Source: Caecitellus pseudoparvulus (taxonomy: Eukaryota; Protista; Bigyra: Bicosoecida). Taken from it: a stretch of 64,000 nucleotides of DNA. The notes beneath the pieces are model-generated. The model was not told the origin of the DNA. It saw only the letters and a list, made by a program, of their open reading frames with translations, and did not search any database. The stretch's first letter is position 1. Every line of letters begins with the position of its first letter. The position numbers and the translations under genes were made by a program. The DNA lies in assembly GCA_965644315.1 (NCBI GenBank), contig CBFFRQ010000031.1:496001-560000 (forward strand), in the 5' to 3' direction. Shown here one piece after another: positions 1-11,871 of the stretch.

Positions 1-3000
1 TAGTGTAGCTGCCCCTGGCCCACACGAGGAGCTTCGTCAGGGTCTGGGACTTTCCTCCAGGCGCCTCCGGCCGCAGCCGGTCAAAGAAGGTAGCCATGCC
101 AGTCGCAGAGCCGGGCGTCGCAGGAGCCTCGTCCCGCCTCACAACGTTCGCCATGCGCTTGAAGGCTGCGTCCTGGATGCCAGGGTGCAGCGCTGTCCGG
201 GCCACGAACGCCAGCTCTGACGTGCTGATGGCAAGCTCCGGCACTGCTGTTTGCAAGCTGGCAGCGCCATTCTGCACGAGTCTCTCGCCTTCAGCCGCCA
301 CTGCCTGCACCACTGCTCGCAGAACGCCTGATCTGCACAGCACAGGGTCAATGCTGCCGAACTCGGCGCCCCAAGGCATGAGGGCAGAGAGTGCGGCCCC
401 AACGGTCGGGGAGGCGCCCTCGGCCGGCTGGGGCGCACCCACCAAAGCCGATGCCAGGCGCTGGCCAGGCGTGCCCCCCCTCGCGGACCAAGGCCCCGCA
501 GACAGGATGCTGCGGTCTAGCCAGGGCCCGACAGCCTCTTCTGCCTCCTCCTCCGCGATGCCCGCCGCCAGGGACGCGGCGAGGCGACTGGCGGCGAAGG
601 CAACGATGTGCAGGAGCCGAGCAGCCGAGTGGGACGGCAAGATGCTGCGCCGCAGCGTCCGCATGCAGTGCCGCCGCATGTCGTCTGCTTGCATGGCCCC
701 CACGACCTGTGCGTCGGCGGGAGGGCGGGGCACGGGCACGCCCGCATCCACGCCAAACGCCGCAGAGAGAACGTACGCATCCATGGCGACCTCATCCGTG
801 GGCCCATGCTGCGCCAGCACGTCTTCCCACGCGTTGCGCACCGCCTCAGCCGCCCTGCCCTCCGCGTCCCCCACCTCCAACACGGCAGAGGTGAAGGACG
901 CGGAGGGCACGCGACCAGTTGCGTCTGGGATGCCCAGAGCTGCCGTTTGCGCGAGCAGGCGCTGCAGCTTGGGCAAAGCCGCCTCTGCAAAGTACATGGA
1001 CACGGCTGGCAGAGGTGGTGTCTCCCCTGCGGCGTTGGCGCCAGGAGCATCTGGCGCCAGGTCCACGAACGCTGAGAGCACCGCGGTGCACGTGGTGGCC
1101 AGGTCTAGGACAGGGCTCTCACTCATGGAAGAAGCGGGCAGAGCTGCCATGTCTGTGTCGGGGGAGCGCAGAGGGGCCACGGTTCGCTGCGGGGAGGCAG
1201 CGGCTGCCCCCTTGCCCTCGCTGCCGAGCGCTCGCGTCGCGTCTTGTACTGATGCCGGCTCCACACGCGCCTGCACCAGAGCCTGCGCAAAGTCCACAGC
1301 CTTGTTAACAAGCTGCAGAAGGCCCTGAATGGCGGCAGAGGCCTGCGGCGCAAAGATGGAGACATTTGAGACGAGTGGGGTGGGTCCGCCGGGCAGCGCG
1401 CCGGCGACGTCGGACAGCCGCCTGGGCAGCGTCTCCATGGTCTCCACGGGCCACTGGGCCAGGTCAAAGGAAAAGTCATGCCAGGCCTCAGCCTGGTGTC
1501 GAGAGGCTGCCCAGGCCAGCGCTGCGGCGTGTGTGATGTAGACTTGCTTGAAGGCCAGCGCGGCTGCCCCCAGCAGCTGCACGTCCCGCAGGGTCAGAGC
1601 GGCCAGGCCGGGCATGGCAGCAGGCGGCTTGCCTGAGATGGCGGCTTCCACTGTCGCCTGCACAATGGCGCTCAGCTGCCCCGCGACAGTCTTGCCGCCT
1701 TGAAAGAGGTCAAAGGCGGTGCCTGTCTCGGCGCTGGCCATGGACGCGGTGGCGAGATCCTGCAGCACCAGGCGGTGCACCGACCGCACACTGGGGCCTT
1801 GCTGGTTGGTGCTGATGCTGCGCAGCAGCTCTGACGCGAACATGATGGCAGAAGAGGTGCACGCCCTGGAGCTCGTGACAGCCTCCGCTGGCGGCGGGGA
1901 GGTCAGCATGTTGTGCAGGCCAGCGAGCACGCACGCCCACTGCTGCGGCGCCGCCAACAGCGTGCCCAACGCATGGCCCAGGTTGGTGGACAGAAACGGT
2001 GCTGCCTCCCACAGCGCATCCGCAGTGCCACTGCTGGCGGGGTCTCTGGATCCGGCGGCTGACGATGGCATGGCTGTGGCAGGTTCGCCAGCAGCAGCCT
2101 GGGGCGTCGGCAGTGGCTTGATGGGGGCAGCTGACGGGTCAGCAGCAGCCCCATAAGCACGAGCAAAGGACCTGTCAGCGGCTTCCAGCGCCGGCATGGC
2201 AGAGACGCCGGCGCTCAAGATGCCGTCCACGGCGGGGACGGACACGACCTGCCTCAGCAGCAGGGCAGTGCAGCCCTGCACCTCCCTGGCCAGCACCCAC
2301 TGGTCACGCGCGCCGACCTCCGGCCTCACGAGCAACTTCTCCGTCGCTGCCTCGATGCCTGACTCCGCAAAGCGCTCCAGCTGTGCCGCGACCAGGCGAG
2401 CGATTGCCGCTACCGCGGTGCGGGCCTGCAGTCCAGCCAGCTGGGTGGGCGAGGCACCGGCAGGGGAGGCGGGCGACCCAACCAGCTCAGAATTCGCCCG
2501 AGACAGGCCTCGTGGGGGGGACATTGGGGAACCGGGCGCTGAGTCGAAGGGCGCCTTGGCTGGTGGGCTGCAGGGCGCACATGTCTGCACGACTTGGATG
2601 GCGGCCTCCAGGAGTTGCCGCAGGGCATTGAAGGCGGCGGGAACCGCCTCCACCACAAGTGGGGAGGCAATGTCCAAGCGGCGCTCTGTGGCAGCCTGGG
2701 CTGTGCCAGAGAAGGCACCCGCTGAATCCCCCTGCATCATCAGCTCCGTGCGGCACCGTGCGGCCTCAAAGTGCGCCAAGCGCACCATGTGCCGGAGCAA
2801 CCGCGTCACGAGTTGCCCGAAGGTGGCCACCCCCCATGCGGAGGCAGCTCTGCTCAGCGCCGCATCCGCTTCAGATGACAGAGCAGGCAAGGTGGCCTCT
2901 GTGGGCATGGAAGACCCTGTGTCAGCGGGGCGGTCTGCGCCGCATGCCGAGCACTTGGCATCGGCTGAAGGGTTCACCAGGGTGCACACAGCACACGCCC

Positions 3001-5631
3001 AGGGCGCAGCGCCCCCCCTGTCCCTGCCGGTGACAGAGGAGTCTGGAGCAGGTGCGGGGCGCGCATTGTCGCACATGCCACACTTCTCCGCGGTGGGGGG
3101 GTTTTCAAAGGTGCACATGGGGCAGCTCCAGGGGCGATCGACAGGGGGAACGTCAGAGCCAGAGGGAACGTCGGGACGATGGGCGGCGCCGGCGGAGGCG
3201 CCACCCTCAGGCGTGCTCTCCACGCCAGGGGTTGTGCACGGCATGGAGGCGGCTGTGGCTGTGAACAGAGAATGGGACGTGCCACTCAGAGGCAGGGCGA
3301 CGCCGACTTCAAGCCCGGGCAGCGAGGAGCCGCCTGAGGTGGGCACTTCTGCAGCAGCTGATGCAGGGGGGCGTGGTGGTGCGGATAACCCCACCGCATC
3401 TGCAGCCAGTGGTGTGCCGGGGGGACACCTGCGTGCAAATGCATCATACGCGCCCCAGGAGGGGAAGGACAGCACGGGGGAAGCGATGTCCACCCGGCGC
3501 TGGGAGGAGTAGAACATGACCACTGGGTACAGCGGCGCACCTGGCCTGTCAGGCACGACATCGCGCAAGACGACGCCACAGTCCACAGCATGCCCCCCTG
3601 GCGGCACGATGGCGCACGAGAGCGTGCCTGAGTTTGCGTTGAAGGTCATGCGCACGCGCGAGCCGGGAGGGATTTTGGCGCTGCGCTTGCCCTCCAGCAG
3701 CCTGCCCCTGTTGTAGAGCTTGCCGTTGAACGCTCGCACGAGCCAGAGGCTCTCGTTCGAGGCATAGCTGACGAGCGGCACGGGTCGCTGAGCAAGGCCG
3801 AAACACGTGCACTCGGAACCCGCCTTGTCGGTGGTCAGGTTCAGCTCCCAGACGTGTACGCCTGCCGTCAAGCCAGCTCGTAACTGAGCAAAGGCGCCAG
3901 TGCGCTGGGAGATGATCCCCGTGCCGCCTTCAGCCAGTTCCACGCAGTGAGTTCCTGCTGGGTCCCAGGCTGCCTCCGTGACAAGGGGAGAGTGGTCGCC
4001 GGATGCCAGCGCCACCGCACCGGATCCAGGCCCCACGGAGCTCTGGTGCATGAGCTGTGGCGAGGCAGTTGATGCAGGGGCAGAGGCGGACGGCAGCGCC
4101 TCCAGCTCCCCGATGAAACCTGTGAGGTCTTGGTCCACTGCGGGGTCCAGGTTGCTCTGCACCTGCTTCAGGCCATCGGGTGCCGAGCGTAGCAGGGGCT
4201 CCACTGCTGCAGGGGGCACGGTCCACGACACCATGTCCCCTGCTAGCTGCATGGCAGCCTGGCGGAGCCGGGGGTGCACCTGCGCGGCCCAGCGCTCGCC
4301 AGCGGTGGCTGACCCGTCCCCCAGCAGGAAGGCTGTGAGGGCATTCACCAGCACGACGGCACTGCCCGTGCCTCTGGCCAGGGTGAACAGCGCCTCTTGC
4401 AGGCTGAGCAGGGCATCTGCGGCTCCGGGGTCGGAGGAAGCAGCGCCTGCGGCAGCCTGTGCCGCCCTCAGCAAGTGGATGGACATGGCGTGCAGGAGGG
4501 ACTGGGGCTGCCCGTACCGGTCCACCTCTGCGCGCTCTGGCGCCTTGAACAAGCGAAAGGCGGCAATGGTGTGATACTGCTCCTCCACGTGCTTGCTTTG
4601 GTGTCCGTCAAAGGAGACGCGCAAGCACTGAATGGGCCCCAAGTCCTCTGGCAGCGTGAAGGTGATGGCGCCAGGCGAAGGCGACGCGCGCAGGCGGCCG
4701 ACCTCGTGGACCTCCCTTGAGCCCACTGGTATGACATGGAAAGTGTACACGACGGAGCGCATGTTGCCGAAGGGCACCACCTCAACGCTGTGCACCTTGG
4801 CAGGCTCGGGTAAGCGGTATTGCCAGGCGGCTGCTTCGCCAGGAAGGCGGTTGCTCCAGTATGTCCGGGACGAAGGCTCCACTGCTTTGGCAGCATCATA
4901 GTAATCATTGTATGCACTGGATGCGGAACACTGCCCAGCGTGCAGGGGCATCTCAGTGCGGGCAGAGACAGGCTGCGAGGGACGGCAGGGGTTCAGGCGT
5001 GTTGAGCAGGCGTGCGTGTCCAGGCGTCGTCCGTGCCAGCAGGCAGCGCCCAGCATGGAGGTGCAGAGGCGGCCAGCAACAGGAGCTGTCCCATGCTTGC
5101 GCACTGGAAGGCACGTCGCGCCGGGAGCGCCGCTGCACTCACTTTGAAGAGGGGGTAGATGGTGGCGTATGCAGCCAGCGTTTCGTGCACAAGGCACGTG
5201 TGGTGCATGCGCCCCAGCAAAGCCTGCACCTGCGTCCAGTGACCGCCCCCCTGTGTCGCAGAGAAGACTTGGAAGGCTTGCTCCACGCCCTCGTGCAGCC
5301 ACTGCACGTGAGTATCTGACTCGCGGTACGCGCGAGTGGTGGCGGAGACAGCGCCGTCGCCGGCGCCAACTGTTGCCCCTCGGCTGAGCGCTGAGCAAAT
5401 GGCAGCCGTGTCGATGGAATTGGACACGTGCACTCCATCGTTCACAGCTGCTTGCAGCAGGAGCATGTTGCGCACTGCCTCGGTAACTGCTTCCTCCGAC
5501 AGCGTGTCCACCGCCACGCCAGCACTGACCAGGTCAACGCCATGCTGGAGCGGGTCTTTTCTGATGACATCCAAACCCAAGACAGGGACAGGGTGCCCTC
5601 CCTTTGGGGCTTCTTCCAAGAACTGCTCCAT
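1..5631 (-). CDS. Giant multidomain protein (discoidin/DOC-like domain, SPRY, two RanBP2-type zinc fingers), probably a HERC/HECT-type E3 ligase; 3' end runs off the window
   Basis: Exon 1 is MEQFLEE...YPLFK (ATG 5631), followed by a GTGAGT..CGCAG intron at 5142-4973. The next frame appears open to base 1, which explains its absence from the ORF track. It reads CSASSAYNDYYDAAKAVEPSSRTYWSN (discoidin/DOC-like), VHVWELNLTTDKAGSECTCFG...LWLVRAFNGKLYN...LYPVVMFYSS (HERC1-like SPRY, ~3500-3900), and WSCPMCTFENPPTAEKCGMCD and WACAVCTLVNPSADAKCSACG (RanBP2 fingers, ~2940-3130). No HECT domain is visible in the window. Confidence 0.75.
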
Positions 5632-7146
5632 GTCCTCGTGCACGACAGCAGCAGCGCAGTGCGTCGGAAAGCGCGGCCCACCACGCCAACTAAAGCTCTG
5701 CTTCTACAGCGCGAGAAAGGAGCCAACGCCGCGTGCGTCTCGCAAACCCACCTGGCACAAAGCAAGGGTGCAGGTGCATGCGAGCGCATTCTAGGGACGC
5801 GTCGCTTTTTGTTGTCTGCAGCAGGCATCTCTCAGGTGTCCGGCTGGAAGGCGGGCTCTTGGCCCCTCCTTCACAGACATCCGGACACGGGTGACTGGCT
5901 TTCGGTCAGATCTTGGGCCCCCTTCTCAAAGACCTCAATGAACGATACCCTGTGGTCCATAGCAGCGCTTTATGGGGACAATGCGTCATCTTGTGTCGTT
6001 CTCTGTGAATCTGTGTGTCTCCAAGTATGCGTCTTGAAAGGTGCTACAGCTGTGGATTAGAGCAGCAACTTCTATCTTGTCTTCTCGACCGCTTGAACGA
6101 ACATAGCGTAAGTTTTGCATCTAGGCAGGCAACCTTGTCCTACTCAACACAGTACCAAGCTTCGGAGGGGCAAACCATGCGCGAAGTTGCTTGTACGGCA
6201 CCGCTTGAGTCGGGGCAGTGATCTGTGGTCTGTGTGGTGTCGCTTGCCTGGATGCCCAGAGCTCCGCATACGCAGTCCTGTTCAAGGCGCGAAAGCTACG
6301 CGGGGTGAAAATAGAATGCAGACATCTTTTGCGCGGAAACCTCGCCAAAATTGCGCAAATGGGAAGTAAATTCACGCAGGAGAGGCGCCAGAATACCTCT
6401 CGCAGCCCCAGCGCCACACACTGGATGGCGCTGCAGCACAGCTCCGATGGGAAGCCAAGTCGCGCTGAGGTGGTGGTCAGGACTCGAGAAGAGCGTGCTA
6501 CCCTACAGCTCGTCATGCTTGAGCTTTATAGTGGCGCTGGTGGCCGTGCTGGGCGTGGCTGCGAGCTTCAGGAAGGAGGTCGCCCCTCTGGCCCTTTTGG
6601 CCGCACCGCTGGATGAGCCCATTGGTGCTGAGGAGTACCAGCGGATGCACCAGGCTCGTCTGCACGCCCCCAGCATGCGGCAAGGGGCGAGGGCCGGCGT
6701 TGCTTGCAGGGCTCACCAGGCGGTGAGCGCAGACGGGCACCGTGAGCCACTTCAACCAGAGTTCTCCGCCTTTCCAGACAGCACAGAGCAATTTCCGAAG
6801 CAAGTACAGCTTGTTGAGGCTTGTTTTGCATCATGATCGTCCCGCATTCAACCAGTTCGTGCTGTGACGGCCACACAGGTGGGCTCGGGCTGATGCAACG
6901 CAACTGAAACGCGTTCTCAGCCAGCATTGGCTCAAGGTGTGTGATACCTCACAATGCTGGCAACAAATTTCCTCCCCACGTTCATACTCACCGCTCCTAG
7001 CTCAAAACCAGCTTTGCCCTGGGCTCTTGTCATGCTCTTGGTAGAGAACAAGGGCTGTCAGCTCCAGCGCACGCTGCGTTGACTCCTCCTCCCATAGCCA
7101 AACCTGCACCTTGCACACCTTCTGACGCCAGCAGAGCGTGCCAGCC

Positions 7147-8670
7147 ATGGGAAACTTGTGCTGCTGTCAGGGAATCATTGGACGACTTTGCGGGCAGGAG
7201 TGTGACACCGCTCTCAACTGTGGAAAAGAGACAAGGGTAGACATGGTGCGGAAATTGCATTGCCAGTCACGCTGGAGTCAACGTGAAGAAATCTGCTGCT
7301 TGCGCTCCTTCATCTTCCAGATGATCCCTATAAAAGAGCGTGTGGCTTGCTGGAAGCGTCTGAACGGATGGTTTTGGCTTCTCGGAACAGCACTTATGGT
7401 GTCTGGTTGGAGTCTTCAGCTGCAGGAAATGACTTCCAACGACGACACGTCTGCCGAGCCCTATATTATGCAGCTCGCAGTGGCTGTTGTTGACTGGATT
7501 GGGTGGCTCGTTTGCATTGGTTCCGCGCGCCCGTGCAACACTACACGTGCTGCCTGGCTCGGGCGCCCTTCTGAGGATTCCAAATACGACAGGTTCCTTG
7601 ACGTAAACTACAAGACACCTGATCAGCCCCACCTGCACGTAGATGTAGGTGGAGTCTTGGTGCCTGTGGAGTCTTTGCTTCTGACGCACCTTCCTCCTGC
7701 AATCGACTTGACCTGCTGCCACCGATACCCTCGTGTTGGTCGTACGCCAACAACTCCAACCCAAGGCGACCTTTCCAGCTTCTGTGCCTGCCAAGCCCGT
7801 GATCTTGCTGAAGGTGACCAAGATGAGGATTCAGCTCAGCAAGGCCTGGCATGTGCACGGCACCGTGACATTGTTCTTGCGTCGGAGCTGCATGCAATTG
7901 CAAGCACTCAGCTTGAATCGCGTTGCTGGAACAATCCGCTGTGCTGCTCACTGCGACTATGTTGTTGCATGGGGCCTTCAACGCGCTTTACTGTGCCAGC
8001 CAATGCTAACCATGGGCCCGCAACCCCTGCGCAAAGAGAGGAGCGCCTGGCTCTACGAGCGAGAGTCGACGTTCACTACGCTCTCCTCCGCAAGCAGTGT
8101 GTATCTTCAACGATGGCACGTCTAACTCTCGCAAGCGCCTTAGTCGTTTTCATGGTGGGTTTGATTGCTTCCTTTCCCCAGCACTTTGCAGTGGAGGGAG
8201 TATCGACTGCGAGCATAGCTCGCAAGCTCCAGCTGGCTGTCGTTCTGACAAAGGCACTCGTTGGAAGTCTTCCGAATTTGGCCCGCCTTGGCATTCTTGG
8301 CTCCCAAAACTGTTTTCGTTTCTCCTGCTCGACGACACTCGGACACAAATGTTGCGCGGCTGTCTTTCAGCAACTTTGCACGCGCAGCGCTGGTGCTGGT
8401 GAGAATTTGCCGCTTGGAGCAGATGCTCAGAGGGAGCGGAATGGAGCAGCTGGCCACGTACAAGCTGCACAGTGCCAATACCAAAGTGAGGCGAATATAC
8501 GCAGACGCCGATCTGATCACGCCAGTCCCCTCTGCACGGCCGCTGCGCGTGTTGCCAGGGGTCGCGGCGTGAGCCAGCAAAGTCGTCGTCTCCTTCCGCA
8601 CCCACCTTCCGGCAGACGACGACCTTTGGCGACAGTGGCCCTGCCTTCCAAACGCGCGCGCTCGCACTAA
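7147..8670 (+). CDS. Hypothetical Cys-rich membrane protein with N-terminal MGNLCCC acylation motif
   Basis: Long ORF, ATG in GCCATGG context, several hydrophobic segments (WFWLLGTALMVSGW; LAVAVVDWIGWLVCIG; LTLASALVVFMVGLIASF); AATGCA overlaps the stop codon. No family recognised. Confidence 0.6.
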   Translation: MGNLCCCQGIIGRLCGQECDTALNCGKETRVDMVRKLHCQSRWSQREEICCLRSFIFQMIPIKERVACWKRLNGWFWLLGTALMVSGWSLQLQEMTSNDDTSAEPYIMQLAVAVVDWIGWLVCIGSARPCNTTRAAWLGRPSEDSKYDRFLDVNYKTPDQPHLHVDVGGVLVPVESLLLTHLPPAIDLTCCHRYPRVGRTPTTPTQGDLSSFCACQARDLAEGDQDEDSAQQGLACARHRDIVLASELHAIASTQLESRCWNNPLCCSLRLCCCMGPSTRFTVPANANHGPATPAQREERLALRARVDVHYALLRKQCVSSTMARLTLASALVVFMVGLIASFPQHFAVEGVSTASIARKLQLAVVLTKALVGSLPNLARLGILGSQNCFRFSCSTTLGHKCCAAVFQQLCTRSAGAGENLPLGADAQRERNGAAGHVQAAQCQYQSEANIRRRRSDHASPLCTAAARVARGRGVSQQSRRLLPHPPSGRRRPLATVALPSKRARSH

Positions 8671-8686
8671 TGCATCCATGCAAGCT

Positions 8687-10060
8687 TCACTGAATCTCGC
8701 AACCGCCATCGCACAGCGTGCTCTCAGCACTCGCTAGACGAGGGGGGTCCCTAGACTCCTCGCTGATTGGCACAGCTTCCCAGTGAACGTCCACCATGAC
8801 GAGGGCACAACGCGAGCGCATGACCATGAAGCGGGCATTGTCTTCTTGAAAGCTAGGGGCACTCGGGTCACGGTCGCCGTCTCCCTCCACATCCGCTTCC
8901 TTGCCCCAGCTCGCGCTCGTTTCCCTCTCAGGTAGATCGAGATACAGTAGCGGAGTGCCCAGCATGGCTGTTTTCATAGAAAATGGCGTCCGCTTCAGCC
9001 ACTCGCCCACCCCGTACCGGCTTATTACGTGCATGAACAAGGTTCCAGGATTCGCAGCAGTGCTCCGCGGAATGCCCCTCCCCAGGCAAACCTCGCGGGA
9101 TGCGACGCTCACGCGGAGATTGTCAGACCGTTCACACAGCACATGCAGCAGCGCTCTTGATGGCCGGATCTTGTACTCGCTCGGGTGCTGCACCACCCAG
9201 TTCAGTGGAAGGCGGGGCAGCCGAAGTTTTGCCCGGAGTCCGAGCAAGTCTGGGAGATGAGTACGCGTCAGCTCCCCGCATGCTGCGTCCATTAAGTGCC
9301 GGAAGCACAGCACCTCGTACTTGTCCGAGTGCTGCACCACATCATCGGCAACACACAACAGGTCGCCTTGCCTCCAAGTAGGCTGTGGTAGTGGCACTTC
9401 ACGGACGATGGGCAGACGTACAACCCAATCAAGGATGGCTTCCGCGTGGTCCTCCCCCAACAGAACACCCTCCCATACACTGCCAGGGCACTCGTTGGAC
9501 AGGCACTTGCTGGCCCGTGTCATGACTTCGTTCAGTAGGTCCAGCACGACCCTCTGCATGTTCTCGAGCGGTGCGCGCAGCAAAGGGCACCCAGGCCCGT
9601 AGGGATTGGCCAGGCTCTTGATTTCGTAGACCAGCTGCACGAGTACTCGGCAGCAGGCCAATGCCAGCTGCACATGCGTCACCGCTGGATGGCAGTGTGG
9701 GACGAGGAGATACCCTGTGGCGTCAGCGGCGACACCCAGAAGCTTGGCTTGCAGCGCAGACGTTGCGCCCTGCTCCGGGAGAATGACTGACTCGCCCCCC
9801 ATGCTTGAGGGATGCAGTGGTGCGTTCAGTATACATACTGTTTCAGGAAGCGCGCATAGAATGTCGTGGCGCACACGCCCCGGCAGCTTCTTGGCTCGAA
9901 CCTCGCCGAGAATGCTCTCCAACTGATCGCGCCAGCTACACGGGACGTGCGAAGGCGCCTGAACGCTTTCCAAAAGAATGTCCTCGGACGAAGTCGAAGT
10001 ATCCATGTACTCCTGGAGGAAGGGGTGTGACTCCCCCTTTTCTGCGCACTCGGCAGCCAT
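8687..10060 (-). CDS. Hypothetical protein (~457 aa; may have an upstream exon in 10189-10551)
   Basis: Long ORF of globular composition (MAAECAEKGESHPFLQEY...), convergent with the previous gene across a 16-nt gap. No family recognised. Confidence 0.6.
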   Translation of the reverse strand: MAAECAEKGESHPFLQEYMDTSTSSEDILLESVQAPSHVPCSWRDQLESILGEVRAKKLPGRVRHDILCALPETVCILNAPLHPSSMGGESVILPEQGATSALQAKLLGVAADATGYLLVPHCHPAVTHVQLALACCRVLVQLVYEIKSLANPYGPGCPLLRAPLENMQRVVLDLLNEVMTRASKCLSNECPGSVWEGVLLGEDHAEAILDWVVRLPIVREVPLPQPTWRQGDLLCVADDVVQHSDKYEVLCFRHLMDAACGELTRTHLPDLLGLRAKLRLPRLPLNWVVQHPSEYKIRPSRALLHVLCERSDNLRVSVASREVCLGRGIPRSTAANPGTLFMHVISRYGVGEWLKRTPFSMKTAMLGTPLLYLDLPERETSASWGKEADVEGDGDRDPSAPSFQEDNARFMVMRSRCALVMVDVHWEAVPISEESRDPPRLASAESTLCDGGCEIQ

Positions 10061-10540
10061 TGCAGAGGCTGCGTTGCGAGCCCAAATTCCGCAACAGCAC
10101 CCGAAACGCGAGTCTAGCACAGAGCCTGGGCTGGACAGGCGGTGCTGGTAAGTCTACAGGGCATTCTGTGACGAGTGTAGTATGAGACTTACACTTGGTA
10201 TGTGAGCGGAAGTGGCTTTTGCGCGCGGCAGTCAAGGCTGCCAACCATCCAGTGGCTTGCAGTGACCCAGTGGAAGCACCTGGCAGGCGCGTCGCCCCCT
10301 TCTGCCATCTGGTACGGCAGGCGAGTATCCAGCTTGTGTACCAGGGCGTCCCATGCCTCCTCAGTGCCCTTATAGTTCCCCGCCTCCAGGCGGCGGCCGT
10401 CTGGCGTGAATGCCACGGCCAGGGCATGGGTGCCGCCGAGCCGGTTGACTGGCTTTACACAAAGGAAGCTCAGCTGTGAAAGGCAAAGCGCAGACCCCAG
10501 CGGAATCCCCGGCCAGCCGAAAGTGCCTTGGGAAGCTACA

Positions 10541-11714
10541 TCATCTTGCATTCAGGGTGGTGTTCACGACGTCCACCATGACCCCCCCGGCGTGCTCGTG
10601 AAGCGCGTCGTGCACCGCGTCCTGCATGGCATCCCCGGCATCCCCGAAGAAAACGCTGCTGAGCGCCGTCAAGTCAATGCCCAAGCCAAACAAATTCCAC
10701 CACCCCCTCGGCACCGGCTCCCCCTCAGCCGCCAGGCGCTTCATTTCCTCGTATCGTTCCTTTAAATCGTCCACATGGGCTGCCGCCTGGGCTGCCTGCG
10801 CGTCCAACTGAGCGGTGGGGGACGCGGGCGCAGCACTGGCTGAGCTGCCCTCTGCCAGCTGCTCGTACAGGTGCTTCACGGGCTCCTTGCCCTGCACGGT
10901 ATCGGCTTCCTCCCCCGCCAGGACTGGCGCCACCTCCTTTGCGGCCTGCCGGATGCCTTCCGTTCGCTGCTTCGCCGCCTTGACGGCGTGTTCGGCAGCG
11001 GCGACTTGCTGCTGCTGGTCTGCAGACATGTTCAAAGAGCTCTCCAGCACTGACAAGTGCGCTCGCAGGGCGGCAGCCTCGCTTTCGAGAGCCAGGAAGC
11101 GGGCCTTGATGAGCTGCAAGGGGAGAGCGGTGCGGGTAGGGCATGGGAGCGGGCGGTTGCAGGCCGGCAGGAGCAAGGCTCGGAAAGGGGGGCTCTAACC
11201 ACTCACCTGCTGCTTCAATTCCGAGCGCATCTGCGCCTTGGAGTTGGACTCGGCCTTCTCACGCGCCGAGCGGCTGTACTCCAGGATGAGCAGCCCCGCA
11301 CCCACAGAGAAGATGAAGCTCTCGCTGAGGAATTCAGCTCCTCGTGACTCGGCAATTTTTTCTCCCAGGGGCTTCACCTGGTGTGCGTGCGCGGTGTTGC
11401 GGGGTGTGGGCGAGCACGGGGGGCAGCAGGGGGGAGCGCTGCATTGGCGCACCTGTGTGATCTCAGCACCCAACATGCGCACGTCCACCTGTGTCTGCAC
11501 ACGATGTGACAACTGACCCATGTAGATGCACACCCGCCTGAGGATGGGGTGCTCTGCGAAGCCCGAATGGGGAGGGTGGCTTCGAGGCCGCACCAGTGCT
11601 CACGTGATACGGCCGGCGCGCACCCGTAGCTTCAGACTTGATCCACTTGGCAACAGGCTTGGTCAACTGTTTGACGAGAAGCACCCCCAGCTTGAAGAGC
11701 GGCAATGCTGCCAT
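10541..11714 (-). CDS. OPA3: OPA3-like mitochondrial protein with a coiled-coil C-terminal extension (3 introns)
   Basis: Spliced reading MAALPLFKLGVLLVKQLTKPVAKWIK...HPILRRVCIYMGQ...VKPLGEKIAESRGAEFLSESFIFSVGAGLLILEYSRS matches the OPA3 family pattern. Confidence 0.9.
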
Positions 11715-11871
11715 GGCTGGCGCGTGGCGAAGCAGGGCCCTGCAGGCTCACACAACTTTGTCGTGGTGGGTTCGCAACGCTCGTGAAACGCTGGCCCAAC
11801 AGCTGTGGCCGTGCTCGCAGAAGGCAGAGGTGATGCGGCACACAGCTGACGGTGCATTGTAGAGGTACGCA

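Noticed and set aside
96-4574. Long + strand ORFs (96-1328, 2196-3512, 3978-4574)
   Set aside because: Antisense shadows of the minus-strand giant gene; Ala/Ser-rich with no motifs.
6351-6836. 161-aa ORF as a defined gene
   Set aside because: Start and exon structure cannot be resolved and no family is recognised; covered only in the orphan-block finding.
5700-10540. Endogenous virus, virophage or transposon
   Set aside because: No capsid, integrase, transposase, RT or packaging ATPase motifs and no terminal repeats seen; the GC drop is modest.
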